This document shows, piece by piece, positions 9,091-17,479 of a DNA stretch of 64,000 nt. A program made the position numbers and the translations under genes. Source of the stretch: a virus. Position 1 is the first letter of the stretch. Every line of letters starts with the position of its first letter. Where the stretch lies: positions 38,013 to 102,012 of IMG/VR virus record IMGVR_UViG_3300033273_000550. One strand, written 5' to 3'. The notes under the pieces were generated by a model. The model searched no databases. It was given only the letters and a program-made list of their open reading frames with translations, and was not told the DNA's origin.

Positions 9091-9091
9091 T

Positions 9092-9295
9092 ATGTATAAA
9101 GTAGGAACAAAATTCAATAGTGAGCCAAGAAACGGATACAAAGATGTTCGTGAGATCGTAGGAATAGAATTAAATTGCTACGTTATAAGAAACACAAAGT
9201 ACCCTGAGTATGATACTAGAGGGGAAAAGAGAAAGATGTGGGACGAGCAGTTTCACGAGTTAGTTCAAAAAGGAGATTTTATTATTTTAAATTAA
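9092..9295 (+). CDS. Hypothetical protein
   Basis: In-frame ATG 9092 follows the upstream stop with a 1-nt gap. Confidence 0.6.
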   Translation: MYKVGTKFNSEPRNGYKDVREIVGIELNCYVIRNTKYPEYDTRGEKRKMWDEQFHELVQKGDFIILN

Positions 9296-9299
9296 GGTT

Positions 9300-9653
9300 A
9301 TGAAGACATTAGCATTAATTTCAGACAAAGAGAAAGCTTTAAAGCTTACTAACGGAACTCATCTTGTAGGAAAACTTACAGGAGTGACGTATCGAGATTT
9401 AGTTAACACTTTTGGCGAACCAACCTTCTTTCCGGAAGACTCTGGTGATGGTAAAGTGAATTTTGAATGGGTATTCCAATTCGGAGGAAAGTACTACACA
9501 GTCTACGATTGGAAAGTATCCGAGGAATATGCAAAGCATATTATGGGCCGTATGGATGAGATTCAATTTCATGTAGGAGGTACTTCAAATGCTTTTAGCT
9601 TTATCGAACATATCCAGAAAAAAGTCATGGAATCAGTTGGAAGTCTGAGCTAG
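9300..9653 (+). CDS. Hypothetical protein, paralog of 8255..8644
   Basis: See paralog; AAGGTTATG start context. Confidence 0.75.
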   Translation: MKTLALISDKEKALKLTNGTHLVGKLTGVTYRDLVNTFGEPTFFPEDSGDGKVNFEWVFQFGGKYYTVYDWKVSEEYAKHIMGRMDEIQFHVGGTSNAFSFIEHIQKKVMESVGSLS

Positions 9654-9667
9654 AATGACTATATTAA
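9636..9667 (+). promoter_or_regulatory. Early promoter
   Basis: GTTG-N20-TATATTAA. Confidence 0.78.
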
Positions 9668-9689
9668 GGTATCTTAAAAAATAAAGGTT

Positions 9690-9845
9690 ATGGTATTTCA
9701 AGCTAAAGTAGGATGGGAAATCGCAGATGGGGAGTTCATCTGGGATATGGGTAAGAAGTTTAACTCTAAGTTCGATGCTCAGCAATGGGTAAACGCACTA
9801 GTAAAGACCGGCAACTTCGACTCTGGAGTTGTCGAAAAAAGTTGA
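9690..9845 (+). CDS. 51-aa protein (MVFQAKVGWE...), not in the ORF track
   Basis: Single-gene cassette between two promoter repeats. Confidence 0.7.
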   Translation: MVFQAKVGWEIADGEFIWDMGKKFNSKFDAQQWVNALVKTGNFDSGVVEKS

Positions 9846-9863
9846 AAAATAACTGTGGGAACG

Positions 9864-9895
9864 GTTGGTAGTCTGAGCTAAAAGGACTATATTAA
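9864..9895 (+). promoter_or_regulatory. Early promoter
   Basis: GTTG-N20-TATATTAA. Confidence 0.78.
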
Positions 9896-9919
9896 GGTAT
9901 ATTTAAAAATAAAGGTTAT

Positions 9920-10435
9920 ATGTTAGTAAAAAATTCACGTACGGTAATTAAAGGTTTAAAGAACTCAGCTAAAGCTAAGAGCGAGAATAACGACTGTGTT
10001 GTTAGAGCTATGGCTACTGCGTTAGATATCAATTACGATACTGCTCATGATTTAGTAGCGAATGATATGGATAGAGTTTCCGGAAAGGGTACTCAGGATC
10101 TAGCTATTAGTAATGCAATGTCAAAGTATATTAAAGACGGCTTAGAAGTCGATGGTATGAAGTTCAATGTTAGTAAATGTGCTGACTATAAGGTTAAGAA
10201 TTATTATAATTTGTATGGTGAAAGAATCGCTAGACAGAAGACTGTTAAGAGCTTCATCAAAGATAATCCTAAAGGTACTTATATGGTGCTAGTTAGTAAG
10301 CATGCGTTTACTGTTAAGGATGGAACGTTGATTGATAACGTTGGTGAAGAATGGAGACCGACTAGAAAGGTTCAAAGAGCTTTTCAATTTACTCCATTGA
10401 ATGAGAAGAAAGATGTTCAACTTAAATTATTTTAG
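9920..10435 (+). CDS. Conserved phage protein, possible papain-like fold
   Basis: NDCVVRA...HAF.V.DG...D Cys-His-Asp pattern. Confidence 0.5.
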   Translation: MLVKNSRTVIKGLKNSAKAKSENNDCVVRAMATALDINYDTAHDLVANDMDRVSGKGTQDLAISNAMSKYIKDGLEVDGMKFNVSKCADYKVKNYYNLYGERIARQKTVKSFIKDNPKGTYMVLVSKHAFTVKDGTLIDNVGEEWRPTRKVQRAFQFTPLNEKKDVQLKLF

Positions 10436-10436
10436 T

Positions 10437-10649
10437 ATGGCAACGATGTTTGAAAAGATGGTTAGATCAGAGTTATTAGATACGATAGCTCTGAATAGGC
10501 TCAATGGAGTAGATATGGACTGGACTGATGAAAAGATAGATGCTTTGGTTCAGAGTATTATGTTTGACATAAATGAAGTAGGTCCAGACTCTTATGACCT
10601 AGATGAGATTATCAAATGGAACTTAGATCAAAACCTAACGCACGGATAA
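10437..10649 (+). CDS. Hypothetical protein
   Basis: In-frame ATG right after the upstream stop. Confidence 0.55.
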   Translation: MATMFEKMVRSELLDTIALNRLNGVDMDWTDEKIDALVQSIMFDINEVGPDSYDLDEIIKWNLDQNLTHG

Positions 10650-10798
10650 TGGCTGATATCACAATGTGCTCCGGGCGAGGATGTAGTGTTAAAGATAGTT
10701 GCTACAGATTTACAGCTCCAGTTAGTGAATGGAGACAATCGTACTTTATGGAAGTACCAGGTAAAGATAAATCTTGTGAACATTATTGGAACAGATAA
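10649..10798 (+). CDS. Small Cys-rich protein (MADITMC...C...CYR...C)
   Basis: TAATG coupling on both sides; four Cys. Confidence 0.6.
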   Translation: MADITMCSGRGCSVKDSCYRFTAPVSEWRQSYFMEVPGKDKSCEHYWNR

Positions 10799-11568
10799 TG
10801 AGTACTAATAAGATCTTTTGGGATGCTTATGTCTCGGATCTTTTATCGAATAAGTACAACTATGGAGTTACTCATTCGGCTACAAAGATAGAAAGAGAGT
10901 TCATGCAAGAGTTAAAAGGAAAGAAAATACTTCATCCTTTTTGTAACTTTGGTATGAACACCTTTGTGTTAGAAGATAAAGGAGGAGTAGTAACAGGATT
11001 AGATTATAATCCTTCAGCAATACAATATGCTAATGACTATAAGAAGAGGATAGGTTCTAATGTAGAGTTTATTTGTGATGACTTCTTTGAGTATGAGTTT
11101 AAAGATAAGTATGATGTTATCTTTTTAAGTTATGGTATATTAGATTGGGTAGAAGATATAGATGCTTTTATCGATAGGCTATATGACTTACTTGTAGATG
11201 AAGGTAGGTTGATTATGGTAGAGTTTACAACTCAATTCTTTGAGGCAAAGTTTAAACAACTTGGAGGTAAAGTGTTGAAGGATAATCAATATGAGATTAA
11301 AACCGATCTTACCTATAGAATCGGAACACCTAATAGTAGTATAATGGGAGGTAATATCTCAGAAGAGGAAGTAATAATGAGACCTTATCTACATAACACT
11401 AATAGGTTTATAAGTAAGTTATTGACAAAAGGGTTTAGAGAAGGGTATGTAAAGTATTATGATCATATAAACTTCAAGATGGGTAACGATATAGAGATAG
11501 GAAAGAATAGATATAAGAATAAAGATGTCGAAGGCAATATGTGCTTTGGCATGATATACATTAAATAA
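10798..11568 (+). CDS. Class I SAM-dependent methyltransferase
   Basis: ILHPFCNFG, VTGLD, FICDD, YDVIF.SYG and L..EGRL motifs. Confidence 0.8.
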   Translation: MSTNKIFWDAYVSDLLSNKYNYGVTHSATKIEREFMQELKGKKILHPFCNFGMNTFVLEDKGGVVTGLDYNPSAIQYANDYKKRIGSNVEFICDDFFEYEFKDKYDVIFLSYGILDWVEDIDAFIDRLYDLLVDEGRLIMVEFTTQFFEAKFKQLGGKVLKDNQYEIKTDLTYRIGTPNSSIMGGNISEEEVIMRPYLHNTNRFISKLLTKGFREGYVKYYDHINFKMGNDIEIGKNRYKNKDVEGNMCFGMIYIK

Positions 11569-11574
11569 TAAGTT

Positions 11575-11769
11575 ATGGATTATAAACAAAAGCTAGAGAG
11601 GTATAGAAAAGAGCTTGAGGGGTGGGGGTTTTCTCTTCCATCACCGAAGGTGCCACGCGCATTTTCGACTAACGTCTCAAATGATCTACCTAACAAAACA
11701 CTTACCAAACCTACTTATGAATGGGATAGTTACTCCGGCCTACCTGGTACTGGAGCTTATACGGAGTAG
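11575..11769 (+). CDS. Hypothetical protein
   Basis: AAGTTATG start context. Confidence 0.5.
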   Translation: MDYKQKLERYRKELEGWGFSLPSPKVPRAFSTNVSNDLPNKTLTKPTYEWDSYSGLPGTGAYTE

Positions 11770-12111
11770 TAAAAGACAGTCTGAGAGGTATGATAGACTT
11801 TGGTCAATACTAGATTGTAGTACCCTATAAGATCTAATCATAGATACCTTCTTTGATAACTTAGCATTGGGGTATCGGTAGTCTAATCACATGAAGCCTA
11901 TTAATTACATCGAGTGTATTATATATTTATATGAAGCTATATTGATATACTTATATGATTATATATCTTGTATAGAATAACGGTAGGTAGATGTGTGGAA
12001 TATCATAAAGAAACATCAGGGGCGTGTGTGTCCCTCTTACGGAATTCCTCTATAGACTAAAAAATCCTTACCGGCCTACCTAAAAATAATGGAAAAATAA
12101 CCGGTGAAACA

Positions 12112-12143
12112 GTTGGTAGTCTGCCAGATTATTCATAAATTAA
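12112..12143 (+). promoter_or_regulatory. Early promoter
   Basis: GTTG-N20-TAAATTAA, then AATAAAGGTTATG. Confidence 0.72.
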
Positions 12144-12172
12144 GGTAAGTTAAAAGATTAAAAATAAAGGTT

Positions 12173-12520
12173 ATGACGTATTCAGACAAGATTAAGAAAG
12201 CAGATCAAGTATTAGCAAACATGGCCCTTCTACAGGACAATGAGCATTTTGTGGTTACCTACGGTACAGACTATAATGGGGAGCCTCAGAGGTACCGTAT
12301 TAACTGTAATGTATTCAGCAACGGTAAGCCTTCATTCTCTATATATAAGGATGAGGTATTCGGCCTTAATGGTATGAATATAGATAAGGTAGGTAAGACA
12401 GTACTGAATGCCTATACTTATGATATGATGGGTCAACGTACTACCTATCGCTTTCCTCTATATGAGATGGAGGTAGTAGAGACTCCTTACAAAGAACAAT
12501 TACACTCACTTAAATTTTAA
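12173..12520 (+). CDS. Hypothetical early protein
   Basis: First ORF behind the promoter cassette. Confidence 0.7.
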   Translation: MTYSDKIKKADQVLANMALLQDNEHFVVTYGTDYNGEPQRYRINCNVFSNGKPSFSIYKDEVFGLNGMNIDKVGKTVLNAYTYDMMGQRTTYRFPLYEMEVVETPYKEQLHSLKF

Positions 12521-12523
12521 TCT

Positions 12524-12625
12524 ATGTCTAAGAAAGAACTATACGAAACTATAGCCGGATTCATCCTATTAGGTGCAGTAGCTTATATGGGCTATGTTGC
12601 ACTGTGGATTTTCTGTCCTTGTTAG
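12524..12625 (+). CDS. 33-aa single-TM peptide ending FCPC, not in the ORF track
   Basis: ATG 3 nt after the upstream stop; hydrophobic core. Confidence 0.5.
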   Translation: MSKKELYETIAGFILLGAVAYMGYVALWIFCPC

Positions 12626-12950
12626 TCCATCCGGACGGCACTTTGATCGCACCTTGCTATAACACTGCCGGTAATGTTCCCTAATGAGTTGGTAATGTGC
12701 GAGATTTTGCCAGACCTATCTTCCTCTCCCTAATGATATTTTGTGATATAGGTTATATATATTTATATACTTATATATCATCATTAATATCATCCATAGA
12801 AGCCGTTACAATCGAATAAGCCATATCGTACGCATCTTGCAGGTGTATGCGTGGATTATCTTGTCTTAATGATCTTACGGTATCAAATAACTCATCACGT
12901 TTGCCTATCTTATGTGCTGAGTATATAATATCTTCTATAGCACTCATTCT

Positions 12951-13145
12951 TTACTGCCCATTATAGATCTGTTTATTCTCTTCTCCAAACCCTATATCTA
13001 TCAAAAAGGTAATAAATCCAAGTCTTAGGTGAATACTATACCATGGGGCATCTTCATCCTCAGGTATTAAATCATACGCTAAACCGAAACCTTCGTGTGG
13101 CCATTTAAAATTAATCGCCAGTCCAAACCAAAAATTGTTCTCCAT
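12951..13145 (-). CDS. Hypothetical protein; only supported minus-strand gene
   Basis: Has its own early promoter and an AATAAAAGTTATG leader on the - strand. Confidence 0.7.
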   Translation of the reverse strand: MENNFWFGLAINFKWPHEGFGLAYDLIPEDEDAPWYSIHLRLGFITFLIDIGFGEENKQIYNGQ

Positions 13146-13162
13146 AACTTTTATTTTATACT

Positions 13163-13194
13163 TTAATATAGTACTTTTCAGTCAATTATACAAG
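13163..13194 (-). promoter_or_regulatory. Early promoter, minus strand
   Basis: CTTG-N20-TATATTAA on the reverse complement. Confidence 0.7.
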
Positions 13195-13257
13195 AAATAC
13201 AGGGGAAATTTTTTGACAAATTTTTCCATATATAGACCCTTCCTATTTATTAGTATA

Positions 13258-13689
13258 ATGAAAAAATTAGATCCACATACTATGTTTGCGCTCTTTGAAC
13301 AAGGAGATGAACAGATTTACAAAGAGCATGGCCTTGAACAAGAGCTAAACAACCCTTTTGTACTATTAGGAATGGTAATAAGAGGTGTTGAGAATTGGTA
13401 TCTACTTGATAAACTCTATATGAATAAGTATAGAGAGCACTATGAAGGGGTTAGAGACTCTACAAAATACAAATATTTCGTAAAAGTATACAAATATCTT
13501 GAAAGAATAGATACAGATAAGTTCGAATCTAAGTATGCTATAGGGACAGATTATGATGCCGGTAATACAAACGTTATTTTAGATGCCTTATTAAGATATT
13601 TCGAAGATTTAGAGCAATATGAACGATGTGCTGTTATAAAAAAGTACATTGACCTGTTATATGACCGTGTTGCTGACAGACAAGCGTAG
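13258..13689 (+). CDS. Hypothetical protein with C-terminal UVR-like hairpin
   Basis: ATG 13258 after TATTTAT; YFEDLEQYERCAVIKK. Confidence 0.6.
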   Translation: MKKLDPHTMFALFEQGDEQIYKEHGLEQELNNPFVLLGMVIRGVENWYLLDKLYMNKYREHYEGVRDSTKYKYFVKVYKYLERIDTDKFESKYAIGTDYDAGNTNVILDALLRYFEDLEQYERCAVIKKYIDLLYDRVADRQA

Positions 13690-13725
13690 AAAATCTCGTA
13701 TTTTCCCTAAAAATTCCTTGAAAAT

Positions 13726-14748
13726 ATGAAAGCTTGCATTAATCCGTTCCAATATTCCGAGATTACAGAGGTAAATCAAGCATTATGCTGCCCGGCTTGG
13801 TTAAAAAATGAGGTAAAAGACGTGATGATTACGTCAAATTACAAAGATAACTTCTATAGTAACAAAGCAAACATGTTAAGACAGTCTATTTTAGATGGAT
13901 CTTATAGATTTTGCAAGTCTCACATGTGTCCTCACTTATCTGCCCATAAAAAAGGGATGTTTTCCAATATGTTTGTCGATTCTAACCATGAAGACTTCAA
14001 AAATCCTGTACTCAAAAGGGTTTCTTTCGGGTTTGACCGGTCTTGTAACTTAGGTTGCCCTTCATGTAGGAGTAATTTTATCAATTTTACAGGTAAAAAG
14101 CGTGAGCAAATGGATAATATCCTAGATAATGTAGTAGAACAGCTTGGAGATGAGTTAAGAGCTATCAATATTTGTGGAGGAGGTGAGCCTTTTTACTCTA
14201 AAACCTTTATGAGGTTTATGAAAGAGTTCGATAGTAGTAAATTTCCTAAGCTAAAAGAGATAAGACTACATACAAACGGTATTCTATGGAGTGAAAAGTC
14301 ATGGAATGCTATAAAGCCTATACATGATTATGTAAAAAGATGTGAGATCTCTATAGATGCAGGCACAAAAGAGGTGTATAGAGATGTCAGAGTAGGCGGT
14401 GATTGGGATACGTTAATGGATAATATAGATTTTATACTTACCATAGATGGTCTAAAGGAGATAACCTATTCTTTTGTAGTACAACAAAGAAACTATAAAG
14501 ATATGGAAAACTTTTATAATCTTATTAATACAAAGATGTATGGAAGTACAAAAAAATATCGTATCTTGTATTATGCCGTAAGTGAATGGGGTGAATTTAA
14601 AGAGAAGAAGAGTTTTAGTCAACATGAGATTTATAACCCAAATCATATAGAGCATCAAGCTTTCTTAAAAGAGTTAAAAAAGATATATACACGTAAGAGA
14701 GTAGAGCATCCTTTTGATTACTTAATAGTAAAAGATTCACTAATATAG
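13726..14748 (+). CDS. Radical SAM protein with N-terminal SPASM/twitch-like Cys domain
   Basis: CNLGCPSC, GGGEPF, HTNG and ISIDAG motifs; N-terminal C..PF..CC..C....C. Confidence 0.88.
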   Translation: MKACINPFQYSEITEVNQALCCPAWLKNEVKDVMITSNYKDNFYSNKANMLRQSILDGSYRFCKSHMCPHLSAHKKGMFSNMFVDSNHEDFKNPVLKRVSFGFDRSCNLGCPSCRSNFINFTGKKREQMDNILDNVVEQLGDELRAINICGGGEPFYSKTFMRFMKEFDSSKFPKLKEIRLHTNGILWSEKSWNAIKPIHDYVKRCEISIDAGTKEVYRDVRVGGDWDTLMDNIDFILTIDGLKEITYSFVVQQRNYKDMENFYNLINTKMYGSTKKYRILYYAVSEWGEFKEKKSFSQHEIYNPNHIEHQAFLKELKKIYTRKRVEHPFDYLIVKDSLI

Positions 14749-14779
14749 TTGTAACTTAGAGAAAATATTCATATATTGT
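14748..14779 (+). promoter_or_regulatory. Early promoter
   Basis: GTTG-N20-TATATTGT, then AATAAAGGTTAT. Confidence 0.68.
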
Positions 14780-14801
14780 AGTATCAATAAAGGTTATAAG
14801 T

Positions 14802-15089
14802 ATGTCAAGTAGTAATCAAAGTCTCTCAGAACATAAGATCACACTTATTTCAGAGACTATAAACAAACATTTTCCATCCATAGAGATAGATCGCTTTTCG
14901 ATGGAGTCCAGTATATGGTCTCTCACTGTACCTCGTCTATGTACACTTACCCTGGTAATAAACAAAGATTATAATAAGGCCGAAGTGGTAGTATCGTCTA
15001 TATGGTCGTCCGAAGATAGTAAGGCCGTTGTAATGATGGCTGAGAATCTAACTAAGATATTAAATAACGTGTTATATAATTATAGATGA
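14802..15089 (+). CDS. Hypothetical protein
   Basis: ORF behind promoter. Confidence 0.6.
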   Translation: MSSSNQSLSEHKITLISETINKHFPSIEIDRFSMESSIWSLTVPRLCTLTLVINKDYNKAEVVVSSIWSSEDSKAVVMMAENLTKILNNVLYNYR

Positions 15090-15601
15090 GACAGTATATA
15101 CAAAAATTTTCGTGGCAACTTTGCGCGTTTTGCGCGGCGATCGCGATGCTCTCGTCTTGCTCTAAAGAAGATATAAGCACCTCCCCCTGCATCGACGGCG
15201 ACTGCACTGCTCAAATGGTCTTACCCGGGGTAAAAGATACAAACGGCTATTATCATATAGACCTCAATTGGGATTATAGGTATTTTACTATAGATGCTTA
15301 TGCTTCTAAGATGTTTGAAGAGTTTGAATATAATGGAATACAAGTAGTAGAAGCTAATTTTTATTCCGACGGTAGGAGAACTACTATTCATAACAATATA
15401 TCAGTTACAGAAGACATAGTTCAAAACTCTACTATATATTTTAGAGAACAAGATGGAAGATTACACACCCGTCGAGTAGTAGGACCTTTCCCAGACGGTG
15501 CTATTAACGATACTATTACTATAAGAATGGAGGTTTTTTGGGAGGCAGGTAACAGTTCTGTCTTAAAAACAAACTTTTTTGAAAAATTTATTGTAGAATA
15601 G
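15086..15601 (+). CDS. Lipoprotein
   Basis: Signal peptide ending LSSC-SKED. Confidence 0.7.
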   Translation: MRQYIQKFSWQLCAFCAAIAMLSSCSKEDISTSPCIDGDCTAQMVLPGVKDTNGYYHIDLNWDYRYFTIDAYASKMFEEFEYNGIQVVEANFYSDGRRTTIHNNISVTEDIVQNSTIYFREQDGRLHTRRVVGPFPDGAINDTITIRMEVFWEAGNSSVLKTNFFEKFIVE

Positions 15602-15632
15602 TTGATCTTTTGAATTTAAATCATTAACTTAA
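15601..15632 (+). promoter_or_regulatory. Early/middle promoter
   Basis: GTTG-N20-TAACTTAA. Confidence 0.55.
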
Positions 15633-15722
15633 TTATATATTAAGAATTATATATAAATATATAATAATATAATGAATATATAAATATATATAAATAATAT
15701 AATAAATAATAATTAATCTAAT

Positions 15723-16457
15723 ATGGCATTAACGGCGGAGAAAATCCATTCGAATTACGAGAAACATCTTAAAATTATAGATACTTACATTGGAGATAGA
15801 AAGGAACAGTGTAAAGAACTTATTTCTCACCTCGGAGAGGGGTATATTATGGCTCCTGCTAGTTCTAAGTCTTGGCATCACAATGCTTTTGCCGGAGGCT
15901 ATATAGACCACGTTAATAGAGTAGTACAATTTGCTATTGAACAGAAGAGAATGTACGAAAGATTAGGAGGAACTATAGATTTTACAGAAGAAGAGCTAGT
16001 TTTTGCCGCTATATTCCATGATCTAGGTAAAATAGGTGACGGAGAACAGGAAAATTATATACCTCAGACCGATAAATGGAGACAGGATAAGTTAAATGAG
16101 ATATATACTTTCAATCCAGACCTTGATTTTATGTTAATTCCAGACAGAAGTCTGTTTATACTACAAAAATTTGGTATAAAAGTATCTAAAAATGAGTTTT
16201 TAGGTATCAGACTACACGATGGAGTGTTTGATAAAGCTAACGAAGCATACTTTTTCAGTAATGTTCCTTCATCTAGAATGAAAACAAATATAGTATATAT
16301 TTTACATACTGCTGATTTCTTAGCGTCTAAGCTTGAATACGATCAATGGTTAAGTCAAGGAGGTTCAACAGCACCGAAAGTTAATAAGACACAATCTTCT
16401 ACAGGAAAATCAGTAAAATCTTCACAAGGCCTAAATAATATATTAAAAAACTTATAA
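15723..16457 (+). CDS. HD-domain phosphohydrolase
   Basis: APAS...HH...GG...H, HDLGKIG, HDG and H.AD motifs. Confidence 0.88.
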   Translation: MALTAEKIHSNYEKHLKIIDTYIGDRKEQCKELISHLGEGYIMAPASSKSWHHNAFAGGYIDHVNRVVQFAIEQKRMYERLGGTIDFTEEELVFAAIFHDLGKIGDGEQENYIPQTDKWRQDKLNEIYTFNPDLDFMLIPDRSLFILQKFGIKVSKNEFLGIRLHDGVFDKANEAYFFSNVPSSRMKTNIVYILHTADFLASKLEYDQWLSQGGSTAPKVNKTQSSTGKSVKSSQGLNNILKNL

Positions 16458-16458
16458 A

Positions 16459-16779
16459 ATGGCAGATTTAATTATATCCTCTAGTACAATTATTGGATTT
16501 TTAGTTGTATTGTTGGTTTTTTTATGCTATCTTTTATACAATCTCATGCGAAAAGTAGAGAAGTATGAAGATGTATTGCAAGATCAAGTAACATATCTTA
16601 ATAATATTTCAAAGACTATAGCAGAAAGTAAACAACACTTACAGAATCTCGATGAACGAGGGGTCTTTCAAAGCGACGACGAAGTGGGAGAATTTTTTAA
16701 ACAAATGCAATATGTTCAAGATGAATTGAACAGGTATATGCTCCCAGAAAATTATGGCAAGGAAGAAATCGAAAGCTAA
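16459..16779 (+). CDS. Membrane-anchored coiled-coil protein
   Basis: N-terminal TM helix plus heptads. Confidence 0.6.
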   Translation: MADLIISSSTIIGFLVVLLVFLCYLLYNLMRKVEKYEDVLQDQVTYLNNISKTIAESKQHLQNLDERGVFQSDDEVGEFFKQMQYVQDELNRYMLPENYGKEEIES

Positions 16780-17458
16780 TTACTTTACTAAAGAAACAGA
16801 AGAATATATAGTCAAATTTAATAACTCAGAAGATGAAGAGTATAGAAACCAAATCTTCACAGAGCACATATACTTTCCTTTTTACAAGTTAGCAGAAAAT
16901 ATTATTCATACTTTTAAATTCTACTATACTGATGTAGATAAGATAGAGAATCTTAAACATGAGATTGTATCTATATTATATGAGCAGAAAATAAATAAGT
17001 TTGATCCTACTAACGGTGCCAAAGCTTATTCTTATTTCGGCACTATAGTCAAAAGATGGTTGATAAACTACAACAACAAAAACTATAAAAAGCTCAAACA
17101 AGTAGGATCTTTTACGGATATACAAGAATCATACGAACAAGATGATGCTGTAGACCATAGATTTGCTAAGAATCTAAGCGACTTTATAGATATGTGGGTT
17201 GAACAGACATATAAGGTTGTTGACGATATGTTTGTTAAAGATCAAGAAAAACAAGTAGCAGACGCTGTACTCACAATATTTCAAAAGAGACACGATTTAG
17301 ATATATTTAAGAAGAAAGCATTATACATTTATATAAGAGAAATGACAGATTGTGAAACACCTCTGCTAACTAAGGTAATAAATGTATTAAAGCAGGATTT
17401 TAAGACACATTATCAAAAAGCATATGATTTAGGTTTCTTAGACAATACTTTAAAGTAG
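16754..17458 (+). CDS. Phage sigma factor (gp55-like late sigma)
   Basis: NYF, KFDP..G.KAYSYFGTIVKR (region-2-like). Confidence 0.72.
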   Translation: MARKKSKANYFTKETEEYIVKFNNSEDEEYRNQIFTEHIYFPFYKLAENIIHTFKFYYTDVDKIENLKHEIVSILYEQKINKFDPTNGAKAYSYFGTIVKRWLINYNNKNYKKLKQVGSFTDIQESYEQDDAVDHRFAKNLSDFIDMWVEQTYKVVDDMFVKDQEKQVADAVLTIFQKRHDLDIFKKKALYIYIREMTDCETPLLTKVINVLKQDFKTHYQKAYDLGFLDNTLK

Positions 17459-17479
17459 TCTATTTATTTTAAAAGACTT

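Noticed and set aside
6051-12175. Repeats as a CRISPR array or attC-type integron sites
   Set aside because: Spacing is irregular and gene-sized, the repeats match promoter architecture, and no cas or integrase gene is in the window.
11830-12950. tRNA genes in the intergenic blocks
   Set aside because: No cloverleaf or T-loop GTTCRA pattern found by eye; tRNAscan-SE or ARAGORN would be decisive.
13135-13257. TTG-started N-terminal extension of ORF 13135..13689
   Set aside because: It overlaps the divergent promoter and minus-strand gene; ATG 13258 follows the TATTTAT motif.
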